Source: Balanoglossus misakiensis (Eukaryota > Animalia > Hemichordata). Taken from it: a stretch of 64,000 nucleotides of DNA. The position numbers were made by a program, and so were the translations under genes. The stretch is taken from the NCBI GenBank assembly GCA_040954595.2, contig CM082583.2:5888849-5952848 (forward strand), read 5' to 3'. Under the pieces are notes generated by a model. That model was not told the DNA's origin and did not search any database. It saw only the letters and a program-made list of their open reading frames with translations. Positions 13,601 through 27,400 of this stretch are shown piece by piece; within the stretch, counting starts at the first letter, position 1, and every line of letters begins with the position of its first letter.

Positions 13601-16600
13601 CGTGCACTCATCGTCATAATACGAAGATGAGTTTTTAATCTTCATACGTCCAAATATGAGGAAGTCAACGTCACTATCAGGACAGCGCATTCACTCGCCG
13701 TCAGACCAGCCGGGTATCGGCGCGATCGCGGATCACGATCTGAAATGTTATCAATGAGGGGTACTCGAACTGCGAGACAGCCTCCTTCGTGAAACCGACA
13801 GCTGAGGTGCGCGAATGCCGCTGCGAATGTTGATCATACGTTCCGATGCTGCTTTTGGTTAGTCAAAAGATGAAAGATGGATGAAGGTGGCCAGACAGTT
13901 TTATCGCTACCGTGGGGGAAGGAATTCCCAGCATTTATCTACAGATTGAACGAGAATCCAATGAGCGTATTTCTCGAGACTCTCCGCTTTGATTCATTTA
14001 AAAAAAACCCAGATGCGGTGAACGAGGAAAACCAACATAATACCAAAACAGAAGGTGCCACACCGACATCGTAAACTAACAACATCAAATGCGTAATGCA
14101 AACGATGGTACGCCGGGGACAAAGTGAAGTTCATAAAGCAGTGAATTCGGAAATGAAAAGGGGATTTATATTGCTGTGTGCGATATTGCACATTAAAACC
14201 CACAACCGCCGGCTCGTAAGATGTCCTTGAGCCTCGATGTTTACCCAACGTGAAGTGAAGCGGCTTGACGGTGCCGGAGCTCCATAAAATACAGAATCGT
14301 CATACGGTTTCAACTTCAGTTGTTAAAAGACGGGAAAAACGCGTTACTCATGCACAGCCGTATTCAATCGGATTCGAATAAAAGTGTAATCACCAAGTTA
14401 TTCTGAAAACGACTAGAAAATCACAGTAGTGCGGGAAAGCGCCGTTTCAGCGAAGGTAACACAGCAGCGCAATTATTTTCCTTGAAAGACGAACGTACCT
14501 TTTTAAAAATCGGTTGAATCTCCCCGAAACATTCTCAGAAGCGCGGCGAATCGAGACCTTACAGTAAGCCCAGAGCAGAATCGATAAGATCAAGCGACAT
14601 TTGCGGCTTGCATTCGGCTTGGTTGGTAAGACAGGAAAAAAATGATTCCAAGTTACTGTTCCTGCAGCAGAGATCGATCGAAACTATAGTCTTCACGCAC
14701 TGCGGCAGAGAGTGGATACCTTCAGTCCGGATTGAACCATTCTCACAAGGGGGGTGGTGTTGCACTGAAGAATAATTCACTGAGGATGTTTCGCATTCTG
14801 GGCACTAATGCGTGCGATAAATACCTCGCTGGAAGCGCCCTTACCACACAAGTCTGTTATTTCAAGACATTTTGATGTGACTATAAGCGGTGCAAATGCC
14901 GAATCTAAAAGAGTTATCTCCGAATCAATTGTTTGAGCTGACTCGACCGCGGAATACTCGGGGGGATTCGAGCTTAATAACCGGTCAGGGGAGTCTATAC
15001 CCTGCATCGTGGTGAAGGCTAAGCCTGTGAGAATATTGCCTCTACTTACATGCTTTCGTGATTACTTCCGTTTCGGTGCGTCAGGGGCAGGTTGGATCAA
15101 TAAAAATGAACGTGATATATTAGCATGATCGTAGAAGTGAACGGTTTCAAAACTGACTATTGTGCAAGTCATAAAAATGTGCGAATGTTTATACATTTCA
15201 TTACGTTTCATTATATTTTTCCACCTCAATTATATCATAGAAGTGTGATAAGGAACACGTACTGCGTCAAAATACAAAGATGGCCTTGTTCACAAAATCA
15301 TGTAGCTGATGGATCCCTGCACTGCTTACTCCGATTCTTTGGACGCCATATAAGCTTTGTTTTAACGTTACGTGATACCAACAAAGGGAATATGTGACAT
15401 CTCAGAAGATTATGATCTCCAGCAGGCTATATCGAGATCTGCTTTTAAATCTTTCGTTCCGATAACGCTTGGTTACCTCTTGCTTAAATGGAGCACAAAG
15501 TAGTATCAACGTTCGAACGCATGAGACGCAGTGGGCAGTTGTCATGACAACCTATAAACTACATGTATGACAACAACTCATCTGTATAAATTAGGCACAT
15601 TACATACATACATACATTGAAGGAATTTCTCCCACTTCCTGGGTAAACTACGCAATTTGAAACAGCACCACTTTGCCAAAGAAATAGTGATGGCTGCGTT
15701 TCTGCACGGGAACATTGAAGTAGGCAAATGCGATGGAAAAAACACGATGAAATGACACGCCGGCAGTGGTGTATATAATGCCAGATTCTGAATCCGTGCC
15801 CGCGTGTATCGGACTGCACAAAGTCCTTAAAGAGACCCTAAGGAACCGGTGATTGTCACGGAGACCGCAATCCAGATGGAGGAACAAGACACTTCACACG
15901 GCAACTCCTTTCTATCTGGTTTGATATTACTTTAGACTTGAAGTGTCTGCGAAATGGCGCAGTACAGAGTAGGGTCACGCGCACGTGAGCGGGTAATCAG
16001 AGTCGATTTATAACAGTTCTGATTTCACAGTGAGCGAAGTGTCTTCATTTGTTAGGCCTCGTGAAAGTCGACGCACGCGAGAAAGTTGAGCAGAGAGGCG
16101 GTTTTCCTTGCAGCAACGAGAGACGGCACCGCGTACTGTCTACATTTTCGCCGACTCGTCGAACCCCACGGGCGTAATAACAGAATGTCAAAGCGCCTAC
16201 TATTAACACCAAAAATTCCACTTACAGCTATCGTAAAGTTATCTGAAATGGAATTTGAAGAAAATTCAAGATACCATCATTTTGCAGTTTTTATCATCGC
16301 TTCCGACGTGTTTCATATACTCAATAAGTATGCCGCGCGGCGCCTTTGAAATTGCAATTTTCAGATAGAATATTTCTTGCCGCGGTTACTGTTGCCGCAC
16401 TTAAATTGCCAAACTTTCTTTTTGAAATAAAAGTAAAGTATACTTCCCGCCGCGCGCATGCGAAGAAAACTTTGATTGAAACTTTTACGTACTCTATTTT
16501 TATATCTTCCACCGCATTCTTTGAAGCAACAAAAACACGCAGTGCTGATGAATTTTGTGCAGTTATTATGAAAAACACGACATTGGCTTTACATTGGTGT

Positions 16601-19600
16601 ATATAATACTGTTGTCCTAATTTGCTGTCTGTAATATGTGTTTGACGTGGAAGTAATGTATGTATAAGTATATTTGGAGGGGGTCACCATTCTTCTACGC
16701 ATGGGCTCATAGAATTAACCGTCTGTTATTAGCAGAATATGACGAAACAACAACTTCGGTCAGATGCGCATCACCTCCCCCCGGTGTGATGATGGCGACA
16801 CCCGAAAGAGGAAATGTACGTCGCCGTCCCAATACCATCAACGCTGTGTTATACTTTGGCACATTACATCGGCGAGGAGAATAGGAAATCGCTGATGAAG
16901 TGCGCCAAAAGCACTTATAGAACGTGAAAGTGTATATCGATTATGCTGTATATTCACTGCATGTCACTGTCCAAGTACCCCTGTCTTCTCTTCGCCCGAA
17001 ATGAGCTGGCACGGCACGTTTCATGATGCAGGCCATTAAGCGCATGCACCGGGGCCAATTATACACACGACAAAGAAAATCACGAAACAGTTTACATAAA
17101 TTTAGCGTATTTGCGTTATCAATTCCCCTTTCCCTGTCCGAAAAAAATAACAGCTTGCCCCCAGTGCAATGTAAAGATCCCCAGTGCAATGGCAATGTCT
17201 GGCCTTCCCCAGAGATCCACAGCGCTACGAACTGCAGAATATTACATAATAGAACAGCTAACATGCTTAGCAAAATCAAAATGCAATGAACACAGTTTTC
17301 CCATTTTCAGAAAATGCAATTTGTTGGCTCCGTGTTTATTTTTTACACCAATTATTGTCGACAGACGTCGGGAGGAGTCCTCGGTGTTCTTCGTTATCTG
17401 ACTCAGTGGGGTCAGAGCGTACACTTCTAGTCTCATTACCTGTCGACTTCCCAATCGCCCCCCAGTCAACATACTGGAAGAGCGGGTCGGTTGCATTTGT
17501 CACTAATGCACTAAACGTTCCCATTTCAATGAATACATTAGGTGAGACATGCAATCTTCTCAGAAAGGGGAGCCGAGAAAATGTGCGTTCAGATGAGGTT
17601 TTGTGTGGTTTGGAAACAAGACTCGCCAAGGGACTTGGTCAATAAACCGCAAAAGGTACAAAAATGTATTTTGGTGGAATTTGGAGTTGTTGTGTACATC
17701 TTGTTCAGGGTCCATCGCCTGATCACGACCTGAGTTATGGTCATCTTAACGCGCTCAATTTGAGATAAACTTCGTTGAATGTGTTCACCCACATTAAAAA
17801 AAATTGCGAAAAATGCTGACTCGGCAGTATTTTTCATTTTCGACTCAATTCTCAGCCTTGTATTTCAAACACAATCACGATGACCCCTATTTTTCATTAA
17901 GGAATTTTATTACACTCACAAAGGAGAATCCTCAATTACAAAAAATGACAATACTTTCAATTTTATCGATCCTACATGCTTGAAATGAAATCGGGATGAC
18001 CAGCCAACGGTACTAGCCATTTGGGATCAATCGCAATTGAAAAGGTTTCCTAGTTGCAGGGAAATATCAGGGTCGATCGTTTTATGAGAAGCAATTCACA
18101 GGGAAATGTACCCTTAGGCTGACTGAGAGAGGCAGCACTTACACCGCCCTTGGGCTGTTATAAAAAGGTTGCATATTTATATCTTCGTGGAATATATATG
18201 AAATGTGTCTCATTGCTTTGTGTAAATAACATTAAAAGGAAACTCAGGAAAGAGCACCTTGTCCGGAAGGAGAGTTAACGGTAATCGACTTAGAGATTGT
18301 TCTTTTAAGATAAAATTTGACGATCGAAACAAAACAAATATGGGAATGTTATGAATCTTTAAGTATAGCCCAGTCGCACTTAAATGGTAAACTACATGTA
18401 TGTATATCGGTTCCTCAACGTTCATATCAATCAATTATCTTCGCTGCAGTTAGAAACTGTAACCTTAAGTGTAGGTCGCTTCTTGGCACACACACACAGA
18501 CTTGAAGAATGTCGATTATTTTCTCCACATTGACTAATAGGTTTATCAGGGGCTTGTCATAATGGATGGAATGCACTGGAAATGAAGCATGGCTGACACA
18601 CGATAAACTGGTAATAGTTAAAGCCGTTTTATTTATTCAATATTTGCAGAGCGTTGGTATGGTTTGTCAATGTAATTATGTGTTACTCAACTGTACATTG
18701 TATTTTAAGCAACGCATTCATGAAGCAAAGCCATGTTGATCGTTGAAGTGCGACAAAAATACTGGATGGAGAGAGAGGGGTGGGAGAGAGGGGAGAGAGG
18801 GACACAGAGAGACAGAAATGCATAGGGAGACAGATCTTTAGAATTTGCTAATTTTAGTCAGTTAAACCTCTAGCATAGGTGTTCTCGCTTACATAAATGT
18901 TGTTTACTAATGTCGCAAAATCCTTTTTAACATCATGGAAGATAGTTTAAAAATACCCTTTTGTAAACCCATCATCCCATACACGAACATCGTAAAAACG
19001 CATATCAATATAACCATTGTGTCTATACCATGTCGTAAAATAGGATCAAATGCCATATACCGCAAAACAATAAGAATATTCGTCTGGGAGCAACCAAGCA
19101 GACGTTAGAGCCGACATCACAGGATTATTAATCATGAACGGGTATCTTTGTTAAAGAAAAAAATGATTTCGCAGCAAAAGGATCTGGTCATGATGAAAGA
19201 GTGAAATATCCTCCCCATTCCCCGCTATCAATCACAGTTTACGCACGACTGGTCTTTGTTAGCATTCAGATTAACTATATCATCGCGAGTAAAGGTAAAA
19301 TCCTAACGTGAAACATTCTCCCTCTTCAGCATTAAGCCTCTGAAGTTATCAGTGGCGACAGAAAAGGAACAAAACTCGCAAACGTGGATTCTCAAAGTGA
19401 GCGTTGCCCTGTGATCTGTGCGTTTGATTGACAGTTTGGCAGGAGCTGAGGTGAAGGAAAACTGCACGCGTATACATGTAGATATTACTGAGCATCGTGT
19501 TTACCAGGGGGGAGTTGACTTGTTTACCTGTTAAGGCCAAATCGGACGGGAAAATATTATGCGAAGTTGTATTCGTTAGGATTGTCTAATAGTAATACTA

Positions 19601-21927
19601 CTTTGCAAACATTCTGTCACATTCCCATTAATCTGGATGAAATTCCGGCAATGTTCTGTTGCAAATTGTTTGTATAAACTCGAGTTGATGGCGCATCGAA
19701 TTGCCACTGGAATCAATTCGGATCCCTAAAATGGGAGACATTCTCACCCCATTAATTGGTTTGTTTCTCTGATTATAGTCTTATTCGTTACGATTCAATT
19801 TGCCGGAACTGTTTGTCCTATAGGACCCTACAAGGATTCATTTCACCACGATGCTGGAAACTACAGCGTCAGGGTCAACAGGCGAAGCTTAAGCCGGGTG
19901 ACTTTAAGACAACGTACAATGTATACGTACATGTAGTTGTGGCCGTTTTCATTACCTCTTCTAACACAGGAGACTGACGCATATTTCGCCAGTCAACATT
20001 TGTTCATCTCTTAAGTGTAGACGTTGTGAAATGAAAATCACAGTTTAAACCCTTAATCAAAACCGGACATTGCATACACTGAAATATCGCCCTGACTGCA
20101 ATTAATAGGCTGTCAATACAGAGAACCTATTACTTTAACCACACGAGAACCAAGATTTAATCATTCTACGTCTGTGTTAAGTGACACGTGGTGTATCTCT
20201 GTTCCTGGCAATTCTTCTTATTTGAAAGAATAACGTTCGTGATTGCTGGAATATACACCACCAGTGTTTCAATCAAGAAAAACTTTTTTTCCACCTGCAC
20301 TGTTTGAATCTACATGTACTTGCAATAGGTATAGATGTAAATGGTATTGCGTACATTCAGCGCGGCTTATAAATTTTCCGTATGGTTACTTCGCACGTAC
20401 ATGTATATACCAAAGTTTACCCGAAAGTTTCCTGTAAGTCTTGTGTAATATCGGATTTCCAACGACTGTAAACTGCAAACGGACGAGAGTGTATTTGGAA
20501 ACTGAAGAAAACTAGTTCTCAATTTTGTCTATCATGAAAAGGGGTCGCCGTGTTCCTTCAGCGGCTATGTCTTCTGTACTAAGAAAAAAAACTTGCTCGT
20601 GGGAGATCGCTCTTTTATCGGTAAAGGGTGCAGTGTACCTCCGTATGGACAACATTGACGTCAGAGATTTGCATATTAAAATATAATTCTGAAATGTTGG
20701 TCAGCCATGACGGATGGCTACCAGTTGTTGCTATTCTGGAACAGGAAAAGTGCAGCTTTCCTCGTGTATATTCCGCGTTCGTCATTCGGTGGCCACGGTT
20801 GAATATGGAGCAGGATTTAAAGATGCCATTATATGTCATTCACAGCGACTAAATACTCGAACGAGCGCAGTGTGTTAGCGACAGATGAAAACACGCCAGC
20901 GAGGTTGCAGCGGCCTCCTTATATCGCCTGCATGCGTGTCGATGACAATATGTCGTTTTTGCAACGAAGACCTACAGAGATGTAGCTTCAAAGCATAAGA
21001 AGAATCTCACGAATGGAACTTAGCGTTGAATTGAGCTGCAGTCAGCGTTCAATAAAGAACCCCGATTTTCTCTTGAAAATTTGCTAAAGGCATCATCATT
21101 CGATACCTTGCCCCCTCCCCACTTCTCTCTCTCTGTTTAATCTTAGAGCATTAAACATGGTGTGCCCAGTTGAGATTTATGGCATATAGCTTGCGTTGTT
21201 TACTGAAAAATACTTAATATCAATACGATAATTGTAAACTTACTTGCTATAAAGGTTACATGCACAGAAAGTCTACCTAGGGGCTTTTAATACACAATCT
21301 GAGTGCGATTTATCATGATGCAACTTACGTGTGTAAGGTCTTATGTACGCAAGCAGAAAATGCTATAGGATACACCAACCTAAACGCCATATTCACCGCA
21401 GATTGGTGTTATTTGACTCCACATGTCTCCTTAATAATTGCGCTATTGTTGTTGAAATAACAATTGGATTATTTTATTGCCCGCATGACACATTTAATTT
21501 GATATCCTAATATGAAATAGGTGACACCTTTAATATTTATGATTTTATCACCCAAAAGCGTAGATGAGACATTTTTGAATTTTCACGACAAGTATTTGTA
21601 ATCAATATTTCATACCTTATTAGTTTTCTCACGGAACGATAATTTTGCATTTATTGTGTACTTTTTTCTTTGGACTTTGAGCTAAACTGTCATGTTTGTT
21701 AATGGCGAACGGTTGGCACCTGTACATAAATTACAACTGAAGGTTTATTCAAAACCGATTAAAACCAATATTCGTCTGCGAAATTTATCGTCATTGCTTT
21801 TGCAAGAAAATGTCAACTTACTTTATAGGTAGTTCTGAATGTGCTATAATTGACGAATGTATAATTTTTTGACGTTTTGATCCAGGAGTAGTTTTTTTAC
21901 CGTTTCAGTGTTCTCGTCTACAACCCG

Positions 21928-21966
21928 AGTGGTGGGAGATGTTACGAATTCTTCAATATTACTCAT
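21928..21966 (-). pseudogene. Truncated gag start (MSNIEEFVTSPTT) of the adjacent LTR retroelement
   Basis: ATG at 21966, ~110 nt downstream of the PBS; M..FV.SP(T) resembles the N-terminus of Gypsy Gags that use a tRNA-Pro PBS. Similarity is lost after ~13 codons. Confidence 0.45.
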
Positions 21967-22075
21967 TGTTGCTGGCTGTCTGGTAAGTTATAGCAAAAAT
22001 TTACCTGCTTCACAAACAATCTTATGAGGGTTAACTCCCTCTCAAGAATTTAGTTTTGTAGTCACAAAATTCAGC

Positions 22076-22092
22076 TCCCAGACGAGCCCCCA
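22076..22092 (-). other. Primer-binding site, tRNA-Pro
   Basis: Minus strand reads TGGGGGCTCGTCTGGGA, 16/17 to the canonical tRNA-Pro PBS TGGGGGCTCGTCCGGGA(T), 4 nt after the LTR's terminal CA. Confidence 0.8.
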
Positions 22093-22096
22093 ATTG

Positions 22097-22797
22097 TGTT
22101 ACGAACCAAAAATTCGCAACACAAACACCCAGACAGCAACAACAATGATACACAGTACACCCAAAGTTATATGTTTCACTGCGAATATATTTGTTACAGG
22201 AAGAAAATTAATATCATAGTACAAGCACTGAAACTTAAATGTTACTAGGGTTCTTACCGAAATATTGTAATGTCCTCAAGAAACTTGTATCAGTTCCGCG
22301 GTAATATTACACACGTGGTGAGCGGACGCGATAATTCAGTGTTCCGTGAGTTCTCCGCACCGACCCGACGATGGTTCACGCTGGCGTGCTGCTTTCTCAC
22401 ACAATTCTTTCCTGAAGTCCTCTCAGAAGAAAGTAACAGGTTCACTTCACTTACAGTTGCTGGCGTAGACATGCATTTTAAGTCCGAGAGCAACGCTGAA
22501 TTCAAACCAACAGGACATACCGACGTGCTGAACTTCAACTGTTACACCGAGCTCCCACGTGGATTACAAGATTCCAGTCCCCGTCGCTCATGGCCGAGTA
22601 CAACTTGTCTGTTTTCTAGTCGGCTCGCGCCACTTGACTGCCGTTGCAGAGAGTCGAAAATCAAAAACCCTTACGTAATATTCAAAATACCAGGTGTACG
22701 GCTACTACAGCTAACGCTATGTTAATGACGTACACCCTTATTGTTCATCCACCACTGATATTTAAATTATATATGCATTCGTAGTACCTTCGTAACA
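22097..22797 (-). mobile_element. 5' LTR (701 bp) of a Gypsy-type LTR retrotransposon, internal region deleted
   Basis: Ends are perfect 9-bp inverted repeats TGTTACGAA...TTCGTAACA (TG...CA), immediately followed on the minus strand by a tRNA-Pro PBS and a gag-like ATG. Confidence 0.78.
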
Positions 22798-24318
22798 CGG
22801 CGTATACATGTATGTACGTGATAATGTAGTACTGTTTGTTTAATGCATGCTGGACACTTCAGCTCAAGTAGAATTTGCCCAGAGGCTGGAATTCCTTCAG
22901 AGCTGACAGCTTTATTTTGGAAGTTGGCAAGGACGCGTTTCCTGGAGGAGCAGAGCGGTCATAACATGACGTCATGGTCGGTTATTTCTGTTTCGCGGGA
23001 GACATGTTATTTGTGCGAGGTTGCCTGCTTAAAACATGGGAATTGCCGATCTTCAGCACTGCTGTCAGCCTAATTGTGGGCGCAAACGTGAATTCAATGA
23101 CGGTGAAGTAATTGTACACGCGTAACCAAATCCGTAGTCTATGTGTTGCCCTTGTTATCAGAAAACAGTGGTGTTGGGCAATAAACGATGGTTGAAAACG
23201 TTCGGGAATACTTGACCAGCCGCGCTATGGAAACAAACTCGGACGGTGATGGGGTCAATGGTCGTATGACACTTACATGTATGACAACATTAGAACTTAC
23301 AGGCAAAAATCATTATTATGAACATGTTGTCGGTACCATCATGCTACATTACTGTAGCTGTGACATACATAAAGCCAAACGTTAACAGTTTCAAATGATA
23401 CTCAAACAAACAAAACGTTATCGATAAATATTGTTTCATTACACCACCATGGTGATGATTATGTTGATTAATTTGATTGATCTAGCATTTAAGACAGGGT
23501 CACATATATTGCAATTAAAATAACAATCGGCCTAGTGAGAGATAATTGAATTGGATAATTACAAAGACGGACATTTACCTGGAATTTGTCAGTGGTGATA
23601 ATTTAAATGTTGGAGACCTCGCTTCTATCCAAGGAAATATTTTGCAAGGCAAATGTTGATTCTGCGGAATTAAACACTTAATGTTATCTATCCCCCGCTC
23701 ATGGGAAAAGCAATTCATCTCGGCATATGTCGCGTGGAATACCAGGATAAAACATGGTTTTGGCAACCCAGCTATCTGCCTAGCACAGTATCTGATATTG
23801 GAAGCTGTGCCCAAGGGAGAAAAATAGCATTAGTACTTCACCATTGAAAGATGGCGCGTGCTATAGGTATAGGGGATATTCACCAAGGAATGTCCGATGC
23901 CTACACATTACAATTTCCAAGCCAGCAAGAAAAAAGATAATAATGAGATTTTTGCATAGTTTGTTGCCTTGGCAATTAAAGGTCCAGTATACGTCAGCAG
24001 CAGAGCAAAGCCCCTTAAGACATGTAAGATGAGCAGGATATCAGTGGAATAAATTGCCTATCAAATGTTGAATAATTGCTTGTTTGAACATTTATGAAAC
24101 ATTTGTTTCCTCCCCAGCTGAATATAAAAGCTTCGCGGTCTGTTTTTATTGTTCAACAAAAAGTGTCGATGTGAAGTGAAATTTTGGTTATAAATTTTAT
24201 GTGAGAAAAGAGTGCACGCGGAGCTGTAACTAAACTTTAGACTGATAGGCTTAAATAAAGTGACTCAAAATGTCGTTACAGTTTGAAAGGGGGAGTTGAC
24301 ACTGAAATGCTGTTTTAC

Positions 24319-24454
24319 CATTCATTCATTCATTCATTCATTCATTCATTCATTCATTCATTCATTCATTCATTCATTCATTCATTCATTCATTCATTCA
24401 TTCATTCATTCATTCATTCATCCATCCATCCATCCATCCATCCATCCATCCATT
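24319..24454. repeat. Compound microsatellite (CATT)25(CATC)8
   Basis: Directly visible; explains the IHSF-repeat ORFs. Confidence 0.95.
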
Positions 24455-27400
24455 CTTTCGTTGTTTTCGTCACTCGGTGTCAGGTGCAAGGGTAGATCGA
24501 TATGAATAATGCATGAATTCGCCCAAGCGCCTCTTCATATCGTCAGCATGGACCTTTCTAATCGACTTAAGACTCGGGTTCACCGTAAATAGAATATGCC
24601 GCATAAGTCAACCCTTGATGACGTTGGGAAAATTAAGCAACTTACAGATTTAATTGACACTGCAGGACAGGATTAGCATTTCACAACTACAACCACAACT
24701 GTAGGCAAGACACAGTTGGTGCATCGTATGATTCTCGATTTTATCCATTCTGGTCACGTAGAAAACGCGTTACAAGCCGGATTTCTTTTATTGAATTTTA
24801 CACACACACAGAAACACGCACACATGTCACATGTCAACGTGTTTTTGTTATATTTTCATTCGCGAAATAAAATGTAAGGCGTATTCTTGGCGGTATTGTC
24901 GCCAATTAATAGGCTACTCTTGTGCCGCGCCGTAAAATTTTATATCACGACATTTATGGCAAATCTTACAAGGCAATAGAATTCTTGATACGTATTTCTC
25001 TTCGGATATTTTCGAGATTTCCTTGGGCCTACAACATTAGATTCAATTTCACTGTCGTCACAGATTTTTCAAAACAAAGTTGGTACGCCTCCAAGGGTTG
25101 TGTTAAGCCATGACAGTGCTAAGAATGTATGATTGATGTGGTGTGAAATATTTTATAAGTCAATAATTGTTTGGAGAAACCACACACAATTTGCAATGCC
25201 TTGGATTTGGTCAATTGATATGCATAATATACTATAGGGTATATATCCTAAACATTGGCCTATTGCTGGCTATTTCCTTCAATACATCGTTAGTATTGCC
25301 GTAGAGTAATGAATCCCTTCCTGTTTGTCAGCTAATAGGAAAGTTGCCTGAATTGGAAAAAAGTAACTGCTTTACCTAAAATGCATTTCAACACTTTGTA
25401 CATCGTAAGACTTCGCTTAGACTACCAATACACGGGGATCGCATTTTTCTGTAATCGAAAATACGATTCGCTGCAAAATATCACAAAAGGTACTAAATTC
25501 GCCTTGCAAGGTTTAGTTAAGCCAGCCTTTGTACAGGCACTGGCGTGTGACCGAGTGGCGCACGCATGAATATTCTCAAAATTCGACCTTTTACAGGGAA
25601 GGGCAACATTAATTGGTGTCATCGGTGATTGCATTGTAAATAACGAGGGCACGTCACATCTTGAGTCGTGCAGTATTGACGAGTTGGCGAAGCTTTCACT
25701 TATCGTTACGCAGTTGGCTTTCATGTGCCCGTGAATTAGCCAGCCCGAGATATCGCGTAAACCTTCCAAGAGGAGGAGAACTTTACATTGTCGGGCTATC
25801 TATCCGTTTTTAATGATGTCGCGCGTATACGTATACGTGTGGGCGTCTTAAAACTATTATTACACTTACTCATCGAGATCTATCCGTTGCGAACAATCGC
25901 TTATAGCCAAATGATGCAATTATTACCCAAGGTCTCTTCAATACATTTTTTTGCTTCGTTACCGCATAAAATGCGTCATGGTTAGCGATACCGGTGTCGT
26001 TCTATAATATTTCGGATAGTTTGGGTCAGATGGCGTCTGGGCAGGATGCTGACGTCGATAGCGTCACCACTTGCTTTATAGTTAACAGTGGTTAAAATGG
26101 AATGCATATCTTTGTCCTGAGACTTCCTGTAGGCGGAGGAAGCATTTATCTAAAACGATTACAATTACATGTGGTGTTGGTGTCACGCTTTTATGATGAG
26201 AGTCTTGAGTGCGAGCATAATACACACATTGGGTGTGGGTAGAGTCACTTCACCGTTATCGCGTTGTCGATGAAGGACTATTCAATTACCGGGTTTCCCC
26301 CGATGTGACGCACTTTGATTCACGCAGCGCCCGTCCAGTCGTTACTCCAATCTCGCAGTCGAGCTGCATGCTAAAATCGATTTCTGTCCTTCAGGAGTAA
26401 TGCTTAACTTTTCCCGCCACTTGAGAAAAAGTGGCAGTAAAATCAACACTTGAAATCTAGTTTATTTGTGTTTGTTCAAGAGGTGAATGGCGGCCGACAA
26501 AAAGTCGTTCATTATTTATACATCAGATGCGGTCTCCCCTTTCGGGATCCTTTTTGTCTTGAAGTAATGTCAAACACTGACACACGCTAATACGGAGAGT
26601 ATACGTTGCATGATAGTTACATTGATCACGATGTTATTTACTCACTCAAAGATATCCCTTTGTTAACAAGAGGACGTTTTCTGCTATTACTTTAAGTCAA
26701 ATAATTCACATGGACGGGTCAAGTGCCATAAAGTATTCTGTATGGCAAAATGACCATGACTTAGAATTGTCTGTAATATATTTGCCCCGAATGACTCGTT
26801 AAAGTTTTTTGGTACTCTGTATTTTAAGTGACTAAACAAAGATAACTTTAATTGCAGAATCCCCCATACACCTAAAACAGGAAAGTGGAAACATTGTAAG
26901 TGTTTGCATAGTACCTTCTCCTTTGATAGTTATCATCAGTGACATTTCTCTCAGAGAATAGTGAATTAGTCCGCGGGATGATAAAAGAGATCTGTTAAAA
27001 TATTAAACAGAAACCCCTCAGCACCATTTCTCAGTGCCATTTTGACTTTTCGCATTTCCTGTCAAATTACATTACAGCGATATCATTATCATTGTTGCAG
27101 CCTTGAGAAATGTATGGAATGGAGACATCCTGGAACATAATTATCTCTGCTCAATTACAATGTTGGTAGCGGTAATTTTCAATTAAGATATTTGTGTCTA
27201 CTAAAATAATTACCGAACCGAATTGATTTGTTTTCATTCAGAGCATACTTTTGTCTTTTGTATGATTAACGTGTTTATTATATCCCATTTTTCATATGTG
27301 ACCGAAGTTAACCTCGTCTAGCCGCGTATACTATTTGTTCTTGACGTATCATAGTCCAATGTATAATTCATTCGAAGGACTTACGTCAAATCAATTACTG

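Noticed and set aside
21928-21948. Polypurine tract + TGTTACGAA as the start of a plus-strand 3' LTR
   Set aside because: Better explained as the antisense of gag codons (FVTSPT); the PBS fixes the element on the minus strand.
22270-22725. 151-aa ORF
   Set aside because: Lies inside the LTR; no protein features.
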